NCBI GenBank assembly: GCA_026985555.1 | Contig: JALSQF010000010.1 | Coordinates: 97,163 to 161,162 of the forward strand | Reading direction: 5' to 3' | DNA length: 64,000 nucleotides | Source: Candidatus Moraniibacteriota bacterium | Lineage (GTDB): Bacteria; Patescibacteriota; Minisyncoccia; Moranbacterales; UBA9337 | In this document: piece after piece, positions 46,810-56,575 of the stretch | How the letters are laid out: every line of letters begins with the position of its first letter | Numbering within the stretch: the stretch's first letter is position 1 | Made by a program: the position numbers and the translations under genes | Notes under the pieces: generated by a model | Seen by the model: only the letters and a program-made list of their open reading frames with translations | Databases searched by the model: none | What the model was told of the DNA's origin: nothing

Positions 46810-47544
46810 TTGTTTAAAAAAATTTCTGATTTTATTTTAGATACTCTTTTTCCCATAAAATGTATTGGTTGTGAAAAAGAAAAAGAATGGATTTGTTCTA
46901 CCTGTTTCTCTAAATTAAACTTACAACAAGAACAAACCTGTCCCTATTGTCAAAGAAACATTACTCCGCATGGAGAAACTTGTTTTAGTTGCAAACGAAA
47001 AAATCGTTTAGATGGATTATTTGTAGCAGGATATTATCATAATGAACTATTACAAACTGCTATTCATTTATATAAGTATCGTTTTATCCAGGATTTATCC
47101 TTTCCTTTGGGAAAATTTTTATTAAAGGCTGTTCATTTTTATGAAATTTCTTTACCTGATTTAATTATTCCTATTCCCTTACATAAATATCGCCAACGTT
47201 GGCGAGGATTTAATCAATCTTTTTTGTTAGCCCAATTTCTAAGCCAAAATTTATTACCTCATTATTCTATTCCAATAAAAAATGTTTTAAAAAGAATTCG
47301 TTTTAACAAACCTCAAGCATCTCTTCATAATTATCTTCAAAGAGAAAAAAATATTGAAGGCATTTTTCAATTAGAAAAAAATGTATCTCCTCATTTTATC
47401 AAAAATAAAAAAATCTGGTTAATAGATGATGTAGTTACTACAGGCTCCACCTTGAATGAAGCTACTAAAATATTAAAAAAAGCTCAAGCTCAGAGTGTTT
47501 GGGGAATAGTTTTAGCGCGCCAAAAAACAAATAACCGAAGTTAA
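46810..47544 (+). CDS. comF: ComF-family protein (double zinc ribbon plus phosphoribosyltransferase domain)
   Basis: It has CIGCEKE..CSTC..CPYCQ and the PRTase motif WLIDDVVTTGSTL. Confidence 0.75.
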   Translation: MFKKISDFILDTLFPIKCIGCEKEKEWICSTCFSKLNLQQEQTCPYCQRNITPHGETCFSCKRKNRLDGLFVAGYYHNELLQTAIHLYKYRFIQDLSFPLGKFLLKAVHFYEISLPDLIIPIPLHKYRQRWRGFNQSFLLAQFLSQNLLPHYSIPIKNVLKRIRFNKPQASLHNYLQREKNIEGIFQLEKNVSPHFIKNKKIWLIDDVVTTGSTLNEATKILKKAQAQSVWGIVLARQKTNNRS

Positions 47545-47593
47545 AATTTATATACAATTAAAAAAATTTTAGAATTATTTTTAAAAAAAATCA

Positions 47594-47655
47594 TCTCTTT
47601 CTTTCTGGCTATTTAAATATCCATTTAAATGGATATTTAAATAGCCAGAAGAGAT
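47594..47655. repeat. 48-bp perfect palindrome with imperfect extensions, between convergent genes
   Basis: ttctggctatttaaatatccattt (47603..47626) is immediately followed by its exact reverse complement aaatggatatttaaatagccagaa (47627..47650). The outer atctc/gagat flanks give a further extension. Confidence 0.7.
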
Positions 47656-47762
47656 AATCTTAATCATTTTATTTGTTAAATATATAAAAAATAGAATTAA
47701 TTATTTTATTGAAAAAGAGCAGACATCCTTAATGGATACTGCTCTTAGTTTTTCTTAGTTTT

Positions 47763-48167
47763 TTAATATCTCGTATAGCCCGCATAACCTTCTTCGCGGG
47801 CCCTCCGAATTCTTTCTTGTTTGATTCTACGGATCCTTTCCGCTTGTCCTTGCCGACAAGCGTTTCTCTCCTCCGAAGTAGGATAGCGATAGCTATCCTC
47901 GCAATTCACCGGCTGCAAAATTTGCTTTTGCACCGGTGCTTGTTGCACTGGCACTACCGGCATTGTAGAATATGCCGGTGCCGGATACACAGGGAAAATA
48001 GAACGAGTGATACCCCTCATATCTATTATCCCTGCCCTATCCGCTAGCCCTATACTCTCCAAGATAATGAGAGTATTGAGTTTGCCTGCTGTTCCTGCTT
48101 TAGCAGGGACAGAGAAAGAAAAAATAATTCCGCAAATACAAATAAATACAAAACTGATTTTTTTCAT
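47763..48167 (-). CDS. small secreted Pro/Ala/Gln/Arg-rich protein encoded in a GC-rich island
   Basis: A strong SD (AAAGGAGGT) lies 6 nt before the ATG. The signal peptide is MKKISFVFICICGIIFSFSVPAKA. The mature region is encoded by sequence far more GC-rich than its surroundings. It has two Cys residues and a basic tail RIRRIKQERIRRAREEGYAGYTRY. Confidence 0.5.
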   Translation of the reverse strand: MKKISFVFICICGIIFSFSVPAKAGTAGKLNTLIILESIGLADRAGIIDMRGITRSIFPVYPAPAYSTMPVVPVQQAPVQKQILQPVNCEDSYRYPTSEERNACRQGQAERIRRIKQERIRRAREEGYAGYTRY

Positions 48168-48316
48168 AACAAACCTCCTTTTGATTTTTTTTTGATTTTT
48201 TAAAAAACTAATTTAATAAGGTTTTCTAAGTTATAAATTATTTTTTCTTTTTTGTCAATACTAAAAAGATTACTTTTTTTATTTTTTCTTTTAGTTGTTT
48301 TTTGAAAAAATAATTC

Positions 48317-49225
48317 TTATTTGCTAAAATTTAAAAATAAATTTTCTAATTGCAAACGAAGATTCGCATGGCTATTACTAATTTTTTCCAATAAAGAATT
48401 TAGCTGAGTAATTTTAGTGTAAAAAAAATATTTTTTTAGCAGTGATTTTTCTTTGTGAGCTTTTAGCCATAAAATCCAGATCCAAAAATCTAGCATTTCT
48501 TTCGTTTTTATTTCGTTTTTAGCTAATTTCTCAGCTAAATCAAAACGTTGATTAATAGAAAAATTAGCAGAAAAAATATTTTTTAAGTCAACTAAAAAAT
48601 TTTGATATTTAGCTCGTTTGATTTGACTACTTTTAATTTCTTGCGCTATACCTGGTCTTCCCATAGAGAAATAAACTATTTCCTTTTCATAATTATTCTG
48701 TAACATTTCTTGCGTAGATACCAAAGAAAAATTAATTATTTGACAACGTGATTTAATCGTAGCCAAAATCTTTTTTTCTTGATGTGTAACTAAAATAATA
48801 AAAGACGTATTATTAGGCTCCTCTATTGTTTTCAACAAAGCATTTTGTGCTTGGATAGTAAGAAGATGAGCTTGATCAATAATTAAAACTCTATATTTTC
48901 CCTGACTGGGATAGAAAGTAAGTTCTTTCAATATTTCTCTTATTTCATCTACTCCGATTTTTTGCTCTATTTTCTTTTGTTTCTTTTCTAATGATGTTGG
49001 TTTTAATATAAGTAAATCGCTAATAATTTTTTGCGAAGAAATTTTTTGAGCTAAAAATTTTTGATTTAATATTATTGCCTTAGCCCATTCTTGAGCTATA
49101 GTAAACTTTCCTACTTTTTCTGGACCACTAAATAAATAGGCTTGATTAGTTAAATCATTCTTAATAATTTTTTTTAAGAAATTAATCTGCTTTTGATGCC
49201 CTATAATTTTTTTCGCTTGAATCAT
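48317..49225 (-). CDS. holB: DNA polymerase III delta-prime subunit
   Basis: AYLFSGPEKVGKFTIAQ is Walker-A-like. The sensor motif SRC (KSRCQ) and the clamp-loader AAA+ lid are present. Confidence 0.7.
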   Translation of the reverse strand: MIQAKKIIGHQKQINFLKKIIKNDLTNQAYLFSGPEKVGKFTIAQEWAKAIILNQKFLAQKISSQKIISDLLILKPTSLEKKQKKIEQKIGVDEIREILKELTFYPSQGKYRVLIIDQAHLLTIQAQNALLKTIEEPNNTSFIILVTHQEKKILATIKSRCQIINFSLVSTQEMLQNNYEKEIVYFSMGRPGIAQEIKSSQIKRAKYQNFLVDLKNIFSANFSINQRFDLAEKLAKNEIKTKEMLDFWIWILWLKAHKEKSLLKKYFFYTKITQLNSLLEKISNSHANLRLQLENLFLNFSK

Positions 49226-49324
49226 AAGAACTTATAAAAAAATAATAAAAACAATATAGTTTTTACATGATTTATAATAACTTACCACTTATCACAGAAA
49301 AAATAAATTATTACATAAATTATA

Positions 49325-50599
49325 TCACAAAAAAAGTTCTTTTTTTATTTTATTCTCGCTAGCACTCTTATGTGGACCGATAATAGCTAAATTCATTTTA
49401 TTAGAAGTAAAAACATCTTGAGCTACTCTTTTAATGTCTTCAGTTGTAACCGCTTCTATTTTTTGAAAAATTTCTTGAGGTTTTTCAATTTTATTCATTA
49501 ATAATTCTTGATTCATTACAAAACTAGCTATTTCATCTGAAGATTCTAATTTCATTATCATTTTTCCTTTGATATAGTTTTTAGCTTTAGCTAATTCCTT
49601 TTCAGTAATCTTTCTTTTTTTAATTTTATTCAATTCTTGAATAATAATTTTTATAGCTTGTTGTAGATTTTTATGCTCCACTCCAGCAGATATGGCTAAA
49701 TATCCGACATCTTGATAAGCATCTACACTGGCTTTAACATAGTAAGCTAATCCTTTTCTTTCTCTTACTTGAATAAATAAACGACTACTCATTCCTCCTC
49801 CTAAAATTGTGGCTAAGAGATTCAGCACATAACGATCAGGATGAAAAAGATTATAAGCTCTTGCTCCTAAAATAAAATGAGTTTGATCTGTTTTTTTAAA
49901 TCTTATTTTTATTTGAGGTTTAGTTTGTTTTTCTTTAATTTTTTCTATAACTGGTTTTTTTTGAGAAGATAAGTTAGTAAAATATTTTTTAGTTTGAGAT
50001 AAAATTAATTGCGAAGAAACATTACCGGCTACAACTAAAACGGTATCATTAGGTATATAAAAACGTTTAAAATAATTAATAAAATCTTTTCGCTTAAATT
50101 TACGAATAGTTTTTTTGTAACCAATAATTTCTCTACCTAATTTATATTTTCCATACAATAATTTTTCCCAAATATCTTCAATGTTACGCATAGGAATATC
50201 TTCATACATATTCAGTTCTTGTAGAATAGTTCCTTTTTCTCGTTCAATTTCACTTCTCTTAAATTGAGAATTTAAATACATATCACTTATTACATCTAGC
50301 GCTATTTTCCAGTGTTGCGCATCAACTTTAGCATAATAAACCGTGCTGGTTTTACCTGTAAAAGCATTGAATTCACCTCCTACAGCATCAATAGTTTCTG
50401 CTATAGCTAAAGTATTAGGCCTTTTTTTAGTTCCTTTAAAAAGCATATGCTCAATAAAATGAGACAAACCCGCTTCTTTTTCTTCCTCATAACGTGATCC
50501 TACTCCTACTCCTATCATAACTGTTACTGTCTGTGTGTCTTTCATGGGAATACTAATTAAACGAAAATTGTTTTTAAAAATAGTTTTCTGATAATTCAT
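49325..50599 (-). CDS. M16-family zinc peptidase (insulinase/pitrilysin-like)
   Basis: The inverted zinc motif HxxEH is in GLSHFIEHMLFKG, and there is a downstream Glu. The 424-aa protein has two half-domains. Confidence 0.8.
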   Translation of the reverse strand: MNYQKTIFKNNFRLISIPMKDTQTVTVMIGVGVGSRYEEEKEAGLSHFIEHMLFKGTKKRPNTLAIAETIDAVGGEFNAFTGKTSTVYYAKVDAQHWKIALDVISDMYLNSQFKRSEIEREKGTILQELNMYEDIPMRNIEDIWEKLLYGKYKLGREIIGYKKTIRKFKRKDFINYFKRFYIPNDTVLVVAGNVSSQLILSQTKKYFTNLSSQKKPVIEKIKEKQTKPQIKIRFKKTDQTHFILGARAYNLFHPDRYVLNLLATILGGGMSSRLFIQVRERKGLAYYVKASVDAYQDVGYLAISAGVEHKNLQQAIKIIIQELNKIKKRKITEKELAKAKNYIKGKMIMKLESSDEIASFVMNQELLMNKIEKPQEIFQKIEAVTTEDIKRVAQDVFTSNKMNLAIIGPHKSASENKIKKELFL

Positions 50600-50740
50600 A
50601 ACTTATACTTATTAATCATTTTAATTTGGTTTTGTTTAAATATAATAAACCTAATATTTTAAATTTACAAGATATTGTTTATAGTTTATGTTATAATTAT
50701 AAATTATATATAATAAGAATTTACAAAAAAAACAATCCCA

Positions 50741-52234
50741 ATGAATAAAAATTTCTTAATTAAATCCGTTTTTTGGTTAACTATTTCAGAAATAATCTTT
50801 AATCTTTCTGGTTACATTATTCATTCTGGCGTAGGTCGCATTTTAGGTCCAGCTGGTTATGGACAATACGGCTTGGTTATTACCTTAACCACAATGATAA
50901 TCATTCTTATTGGCAATGGAATTCCTACTGCTATGAGTAAATATCTGAGTGAATTTTTTGAAAAGGAGCCAGAAAAAATTTTTCAAATAAAAAAAGAAAC
51001 TGCTTATCTTCAATTCATAATTATTGGTTTAGTAACTATTGTTTTTTATTTTTCTATTCCTTTTATTGCTAATATACTGAACGATTCTCAACTTGTTCCT
51101 CTTTTTAAAATATCTGTTTTAATCATACCTGCTTTTGCTAGCGCTTCTTTTTATTTTTATTATTTCACCGGCCTTCATAAATTTAATCTTCAAGCTATTT
51201 TAAAAACTATTCGTTCTCTTTTTAAAATAATTTTTATTTTATGGTTAGCTTGGATTTGGAAAGTTAAAGGCGCTATTATTGGTTATGTTTTTGCTCCTTT
51301 AAGTGTATTTTTAATAGCTTTAATTATTGATTATTTTTGGCTTTCTCCAAAAATATTAAAAAATATAAAAAAAGATAAACTAGATAAAAATCTCTCTCAA
51401 AAAAAAGTAAAAAATTTTTACAAACAACTTTTTAATTATGCTTGGCCTTTTGTTCTTTTCACTTTGTTTTATGAAATTATGATATCTATTGATTTATACA
51501 TGGTTAAGGGATTGCTTCATAGCAATTCTCTAACCGGTATTTATAATGGAGCTATAACTGTAGGACGAATTCCTTACTATCTTTTCTATGCCTTAACTAT
51601 TGTCCTTCTTCCTACCATCTCTCGTTCTACTTCTCTTAATTTAAACAAAGAAACAAAAAGAACTATTTACACTACTTTGCGTCTTTTAATTATTTTTCTT
51701 CTTCCTTCAATTATACTAATGCGTTCTTTTGCTTCTCCTATTATTCAAATTTTTTATGGAAACAAATTTAATGCCTCTGCCCCCATTATGTCAATTTTGG
51801 TTTGGGGAGTAGGATTTTTAACTTTTTTTTATGTTATTAGTGCTATTTTTAACGGAGCGGGAAAGGTAAAAATTCCAATGTATTTGGCTTTGGGAGGAGC
51901 TATTCTTAATGCTTCTTTAAGTTATTATTTAATACCCTTTTGGAAACTTAAAGGCGCTGCTTGGGCTACTAATTTTTCTTCTTTAATAAGTACTATATTA
52001 ATTTTATTTTTGCTTTATTACTACTTTAAAATTAATTTTCCTTGGTTAACTTTAATAAGATCATTTTTAGGTGGTTTAGGAATATTCTTATTAGTTCATT
52101 TCTTTCCTCAACAAAATTTAATCTTCATTTTTTCTAGCTTGATTTTAATCTTTATTTATTTTATGCTTCTTTATATTCTAGGAGAAATTCAACAAAAAGA
52201 TTTTTTCTTCTGGAAAAATCTTTTTAAAAATTAA
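50741..52234 (+). CDS. MOP-superfamily polysaccharide/oligosaccharide flippase (Wzx-like)
   Basis: It is 497 aa with about 14 TM helices and MATE-like internal repeats, typical of polysaccharide biosynthesis exporters. Confidence 0.55.
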   Translation: MNKNFLIKSVFWLTISEIIFNLSGYIIHSGVGRILGPAGYGQYGLVITLTTMIIILIGNGIPTAMSKYLSEFFEKEPEKIFQIKKETAYLQFIIIGLVTIVFYFSIPFIANILNDSQLVPLFKISVLIIPAFASASFYFYYFTGLHKFNLQAILKTIRSLFKIIFILWLAWIWKVKGAIIGYVFAPLSVFLIALIIDYFWLSPKILKNIKKDKLDKNLSQKKVKNFYKQLFNYAWPFVLFTLFYEIMISIDLYMVKGLLHSNSLTGIYNGAITVGRIPYYLFYALTIVLLPTISRSTSLNLNKETKRTIYTTLRLLIIFLLPSIILMRSFASPIIQIFYGNKFNASAPIMSILVWGVGFLTFFYVISAIFNGAGKVKIPMYLALGGAILNASLSYYLIPFWKLKGAAWATNFSSLISTILILFLLYYYFKINFPWLTLIRSFLGGLGIFLLVHFFPQQNLIFIFSSLILIFIYFMLLYILGEIQQKDFFFWKNLFKN

Positions 52235-52304
52235 AAAAAAAGTTAATTCAAAAGAAAAAAATTTATTTCTAGCAAATAGCTTATTTTTATGCTAAAATTT
52301 TGTT

Positions 52305-54680
52305 ATGGCGCAATCTAAACGAAGAAAACATTATAAAATAAAATATTCTTCTCAAATTAAAGAAATTTTAGTAATTAATGACAAAAAACTAAAACCATAT
52401 TTAGAATTGCTTAATTTTGAACCAACTAATATTAATCAGAAAAAATTAGGAAAATTAGTAGGAATTTTTGAAATTAAAAGCGCTAATGATAGTGTTGCTT
52501 ATATCGTTAATTTTTTGGTATCCGTAGCCAAAAAAGAATATTTTATTAATCCTAAACGCTCTCCAGAAAAAAGTTTTGAAGCTACATTAAATAAACTTAA
52601 TTTAGCTTTTTCTGAATTAGCTAAACATAATAATCTTGACTGGCTAGGTAAAACTAATATAGCTCTTGCCAGTTTAGAAAAAAATAATTTATTCTTTAGT
52701 ACTTTAGGATCAGCCAAAATTCTTCTATTTCGTGATCAAAGTTTAAGCGAAATTAGTTACAACGAAAAAAAAGAGTCTTTACATCCATTAAAGATGTTCT
52801 CTGATATTTCTTCGGGAAAACTGAAAGACAAGGATAAACTAATTTTAACCACGGAAGATATTTTTCAATTTCTTTCTTTAAAAGAAATTGAAAAGAAAGC
52901 ACGATTTTTATCTTCTCAAAAATTTAATCGTTTTCTAAAAACAGCTTTGGTTAATGAACTAATGGGAAATGTTTCTTTGATTTTAGATTTTGTAAAAAAG
53001 AAAGAAATAGTAAAAAAAATAAAAAAAAGTAAAAAAAGAATAACTCCTATCAATGCTTTTAGCAGTAAAACCTTTGAAGAAAAAGTTTCTTCTCCTAATT
53101 TAAAAAAGGAGAAAAAGAAAGCCTCTAAAAAAGATAAACAACAAGATTATATTGATAAAAAAACTGGACACATTTATATTCAAGGAAAAAATCATACTAA
53201 GAATAAAAAATCTTCTTTGAAAAAAAAGCCTTTTTTTAATTTAAAAATAAAAGCTAGAAAAGAATATTTAAACAAAATAAATAAATTTTTAAAAACAACA
53301 AAAAAAAATATAACTTTAAAAAAAATTTCTTTTGAAAGAATACATATAAAAAATAAAAGTAAAAAAATTATCGTTTATTTTTATGAAAAATCTAAGATAT
53401 TATTTAATAATATATACTTCAATCTTTTTACTGCTATCAAAAAAATAAAAACAAAAGAAATAAAAAAAGAAAAAAATAATGTTGTTAATCATAATGAAAA
53501 TAAATTTATTATTTCTGAAAGAGAAAATTTTAATCTTAGTAGAACACTTAACAAATTAGACAATGATAGAAGTGTTTCATATTATCTAGGTTATTTAAAA
53601 AATTTTTCTACTTTTTTAAGAAAGGGAAAATATAAATTAAAAAAATTTTTCTTCTTAATTCGCCAATTACCCTTTTGGCCAAATTTTTCACGTTTAAAAA
53701 AAATCTTTCTTCATTTTAATTTAAAACAAAAATCTTTAGCTTTGGCTTTATTACTTTTTATTATCTTTTACCCTCTATTATTAAATCGTTTTCTTTCAAA
53801 AAAACATAATCATTCTTCTGAAAAAATCGCCGGCGAATTTACCACAAATATTCCAAGTGATAATGAAAATAAGCATGACAACAAAAACAAATATTCTTTA
53901 ATGGAAAAAATAATATATACTCATCTTCCAACAGAAAGTCTTTTCTTATTGCCTTATAAAAACAACTTATTTGTTGTTACTAAAAATAAAATAATTTTAA
54001 TTAATGAATTGACTCAAAAAAAGGAAAAGGAGTATAATTTTGATTTAAAAAATAACGAAAAAATTTATCAAGCCACCTTTATGCCTGATTTGAATTTAAT
54101 ATTTTTACTTACTAATAAAAACAAACTTTTTAGTTTTAGCCCCGTTTCTTATAAAATAAAAACTCCCCAGATTAAAATACCTGAGAATGCTAAAATTAAC
54201 GCCTTAGGAACTTATTTAACCTATCTTTATTTAGTGGATTCTCAACATCAACAAATTTATCGCTATCCTCGCGCAGAAGGAGGATTTGGAGATAAGATAG
54301 ACTGGCTTAAGGAAAAAATAGATTTAAATAATGTAACTTCTATTTTTATCAATGGAGAAATTTATTTGCTTTATCAAAATAATCAAATAAAAAAATTAAG
54401 TCATGGAAAAACAGAAAAAAACTTGAACTTAACAAAATATCATAATATTACTAACACACATCAATTTTACATTACAGAAAAAAATGATTTTTATATACAT
54501 GATAAAACAGAAGGTGTTCTTTTAAAAATTAATCCTCAGAAAAATATTATTGAAACTTACCAAAATTCTCTTTTTAAAAAAACTCATTTTATTTATTTTT
54601 TAAAAGAGCAACAAAAAGATAAAAATTATAAAGGCTATTTATTAACCGATGATAATCAGATTATAAGTTTTTCTTTTTAA
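52305..54680 (+). CDS. large Lys-rich hypothetical protein with a central TM segment and a C-terminal repeat (beta-propeller-like) region
   Basis: The 791-aa protein has a central hydrophobic helix LALALLLFIIFYPLLL. No catalytic motif was recognised. The N-terminal ~220 aa have a weak PP2C/SpoIIE-like feel (LILTTEDIF), but this is unproven. Confidence 0.45.
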   Translation: MAQSKRRKHYKIKYSSQIKEILVINDKKLKPYLELLNFEPTNINQKKLGKLVGIFEIKSANDSVAYIVNFLVSVAKKEYFINPKRSPEKSFEATLNKLNLAFSELAKHNNLDWLGKTNIALASLEKNNLFFSTLGSAKILLFRDQSLSEISYNEKKESLHPLKMFSDISSGKLKDKDKLILTTEDIFQFLSLKEIEKKARFLSSQKFNRFLKTALVNELMGNVSLILDFVKKKEIVKKIKKSKKRITPINAFSSKTFEEKVSSPNLKKEKKKASKKDKQQDYIDKKTGHIYIQGKNHTKNKKSSLKKKPFFNLKIKARKEYLNKINKFLKTTKKNITLKKISFERIHIKNKSKKIIVYFYEKSKILFNNIYFNLFTAIKKIKTKEIKKEKNNVVNHNENKFIISERENFNLSRTLNKLDNDRSVSYYLGYLKNFSTFLRKGKYKLKKFFFLIRQLPFWPNFSRLKKIFLHFNLKQKSLALALLLFIIFYPLLLNRFLSKKHNHSSEKIAGEFTTNIPSDNENKHDNKNKYSLMEKIIYTHLPTESLFLLPYKNNLFVVTKNKIILINELTQKKEKEYNFDLKNNEKIYQATFMPDLNLIFLLTNKNKLFSFSPVSYKIKTPQIKIPENAKINALGTYLTYLYLVDSQHQQIYRYPRAEGGFGDKIDWLKEKIDLNNVTSIFINGEIYLLYQNNQIKKLSHGKTEKNLNLTKYHNITNTHQFYITEKNDFYIHDKTEGVLLKINPQKNIIETYQNSLFKKTHFIYFLKEQQKDKNYKGYLLTDDNQIISFSF

Positions 54681-54693
54681 AATTTATCAAAAA

Positions 54694-56574
54694 ATGTTTA
54701 GATATTTAATTAAATTAAATCTTTCTACCTGGTTTTTATTAGTTTTTCTTTGGACTAGCTGGCTCTTATTTTTTTTAACTCTAGGAAATGTTTTTTATAA
54801 AATTTTTGTTTATTTAAATTTTTTTTCACTATTTTTTATTTTTCTTATTAAATTGTTTTTTCATACCCAAAAAAGAAAATTTCAAAAAAATAAACTTAAT
54901 AAATACAACTTAATAATTTTAATTTTGTTTCTATTGTTTCTTTTTTATTTGCTTTCTTTTCCTCCTACTTTATTTTCAGGACGCGATGAAGGATCAATCA
55001 GCGAAGCCGCCATAAGATTAAGCCAAAATCATCAAATAAAATTTTCTACTCCACTAAGTAACCAACTATATAAAACTTCTTCCTTGCCTAAAAAACTAGA
55101 ACATTGCCTAGCAAAAAACAACAATTATCTTTTCAGACATCTTCATATAAAAAACCAGTATTGCTATTGGATAACAACTACATCAGCTTTGAATTTTCCT
55201 GGATTCTACTATACTAGCGATGAAAAATTAGTTACACAGTTTCCCTTGGTTTATACTAGTTGGTTAGCTGGTTTTTATACTATTTTTAATTTAGAAGGAT
55301 TAGCTTTAGCTAATTTTATTTTAAGTTTAATTTTTATTTTTTCTTTTCTTAAAACCTATCGTCTTTTACTTAAAAGTATAGCCTATTCTCAAAAAAATAC
55401 TTTTTGGAATTGGTTACCTTTATTTTTTTTACTCTTTTCTTTTCCTGTTTTATGGTTTGCTAGATTTACCTTAACAGAAAATATGACTTGGGCATTACTC
55501 TGGCTAGGAATTTGGCAATTGTTAAAATTTATTTCTCAGAAAAAAATTGAATCATTTTTAATAGCAAATTTAAGTTTTGGTCTTTTAATTTTTACTCGCA
55601 TTGAAGGAATAATCTTGTTTTTCTTGAGTTTCATAATCATTTTTCTTTTTTCAAAAAAAGAAAAAAAGAAAAAACAATTTTATAAAATGTTTCTGTTCTT
55701 TTATGCAATTTTTATTTTCATCGTCGGAATTTTTACTTTTATAAAAAATTGGGCTTACTACAAAAATATTTTGAAAGCATTATTTAAAAAGTCTTCTTCT
55801 TTTCATTTTACCGAAGTTTCTTTTTGGAAATTTTTAAATATATATTTTCATTATGGCATACTATTGTTTATTCTTATAGCTTTTATCTTTCTGATAATTT
55901 TCATTGTACAAAATAAAATAACTAAGCAATTAATTATTCAAAATAAAATATTATTTATTCCTGTTATTATTGTTGCACCTTTATTTTACTATTTAATAAA
56001 TCCTCACATTTCTTCTAACTGTCCCTGGTGTTTAAGACGCTTAATTTGGGGCGTATTTCCTTTATCTATGCTTTATTCTTTTTTAGGATTATTTTTTTTG
56101 GAAAGAAAATACAAAAATTTACATTTAGGAAAAATGATTTTATTAATTTTATTCATAGTAAATATTTATACTTTAAAAAATATTTATATCACTTCTTTAA
56201 AACAAAACTGGAAAAATCTCTCTCTTATAGCTCCTCATTTTCAATCCGATGATTTAATTTTAATAGATCGTTTGTCTTTTGGAAATGGATGGTTAATGCC
56301 AACTGGGCCTTTAAATTTAATTTATAATTTACAAACGGTTTATTTTTTTAATCCTAATGATTATAATGTAATTAATCACAATAATTTTTCTCATATTTAT
56401 ATTATGACACCGAAAGATAAAGTTAAATTCTGGAAAAAAAATTTACCTTCCTATAATTTAAGTATTTATCAATATTATAAATATTCTAGCCTAGATCACT
56501 CTAAAAATTCTAATTCCCCTTTTTTGAAAAAAATTTTTATCAGAGAAGAAGGGATCATCCTAAAAATAAAGTAA
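54694..56574 (+). CDS. polytopic membrane protein, GT-C-like glycosyltransferase candidate (ArnT/PMT-type)
   Basis: It has more than 12 TM helices. A DE motif (FSGRDEGSISEAAIRL) sits in the first extracytoplasmic loop, as in GT-C enzymes. Confidence 0.45.
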   Translation: MFRYLIKLNLSTWFLLVFLWTSWLLFFLTLGNVFYKIFVYLNFFSLFFIFLIKLFFHTQKRKFQKNKLNKYNLIILILFLLFLFYLLSFPPTLFSGRDEGSISEAAIRLSQNHQIKFSTPLSNQLYKTSSLPKKLEHCLAKNNNYLFRHLHIKNQYCYWITTTSALNFPGFYYTSDEKLVTQFPLVYTSWLAGFYTIFNLEGLALANFILSLIFIFSFLKTYRLLLKSIAYSQKNTFWNWLPLFFLLFSFPVLWFARFTLTENMTWALLWLGIWQLLKFISQKKIESFLIANLSFGLLIFTRIEGIILFFLSFIIIFLFSKKEKKKKQFYKMFLFFYAIFIFIVGIFTFIKNWAYYKNILKALFKKSSSFHFTEVSFWKFLNIYFHYGILLFILIAFIFLIIFIVQNKITKQLIIQNKILFIPVIIVAPLFYYLINPHISSNCPWCLRRLIWGVFPLSMLYSFLGLFFLERKYKNLHLGKMILLILFIVNIYTLKNIYITSLKQNWKNLSLIAPHFQSDDLILIDRLSFGNGWLMPTGPLNLIYNLQTVYFFNPNDYNVINHNNFSHIYIMTPKDKVKFWKKNLPSYNLSIYQYYKYSSLDHSKNSNSPFLKKIFIREEGIILKIK

Positions 56575-56575
56575 T

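Noticed and set aside
47817-48195. Two plus-strand ORFs inside the GC-rich island. I also considered the idea that the island is RNase P RNA or another structured RNA, because of a local ATAGGGCAGG match to the P5-P7 region.
   Set aside because: No other RNase P conserved regions (GGAAAGUCCGG, GGUAAGGGUGAAA, ACAGAA-CCGGCUUA) are present. The minus strand has a strong SD, an ATG and a signal-peptide gene structure. The plus-strand ORFs are by-products of the GC-rich composition.
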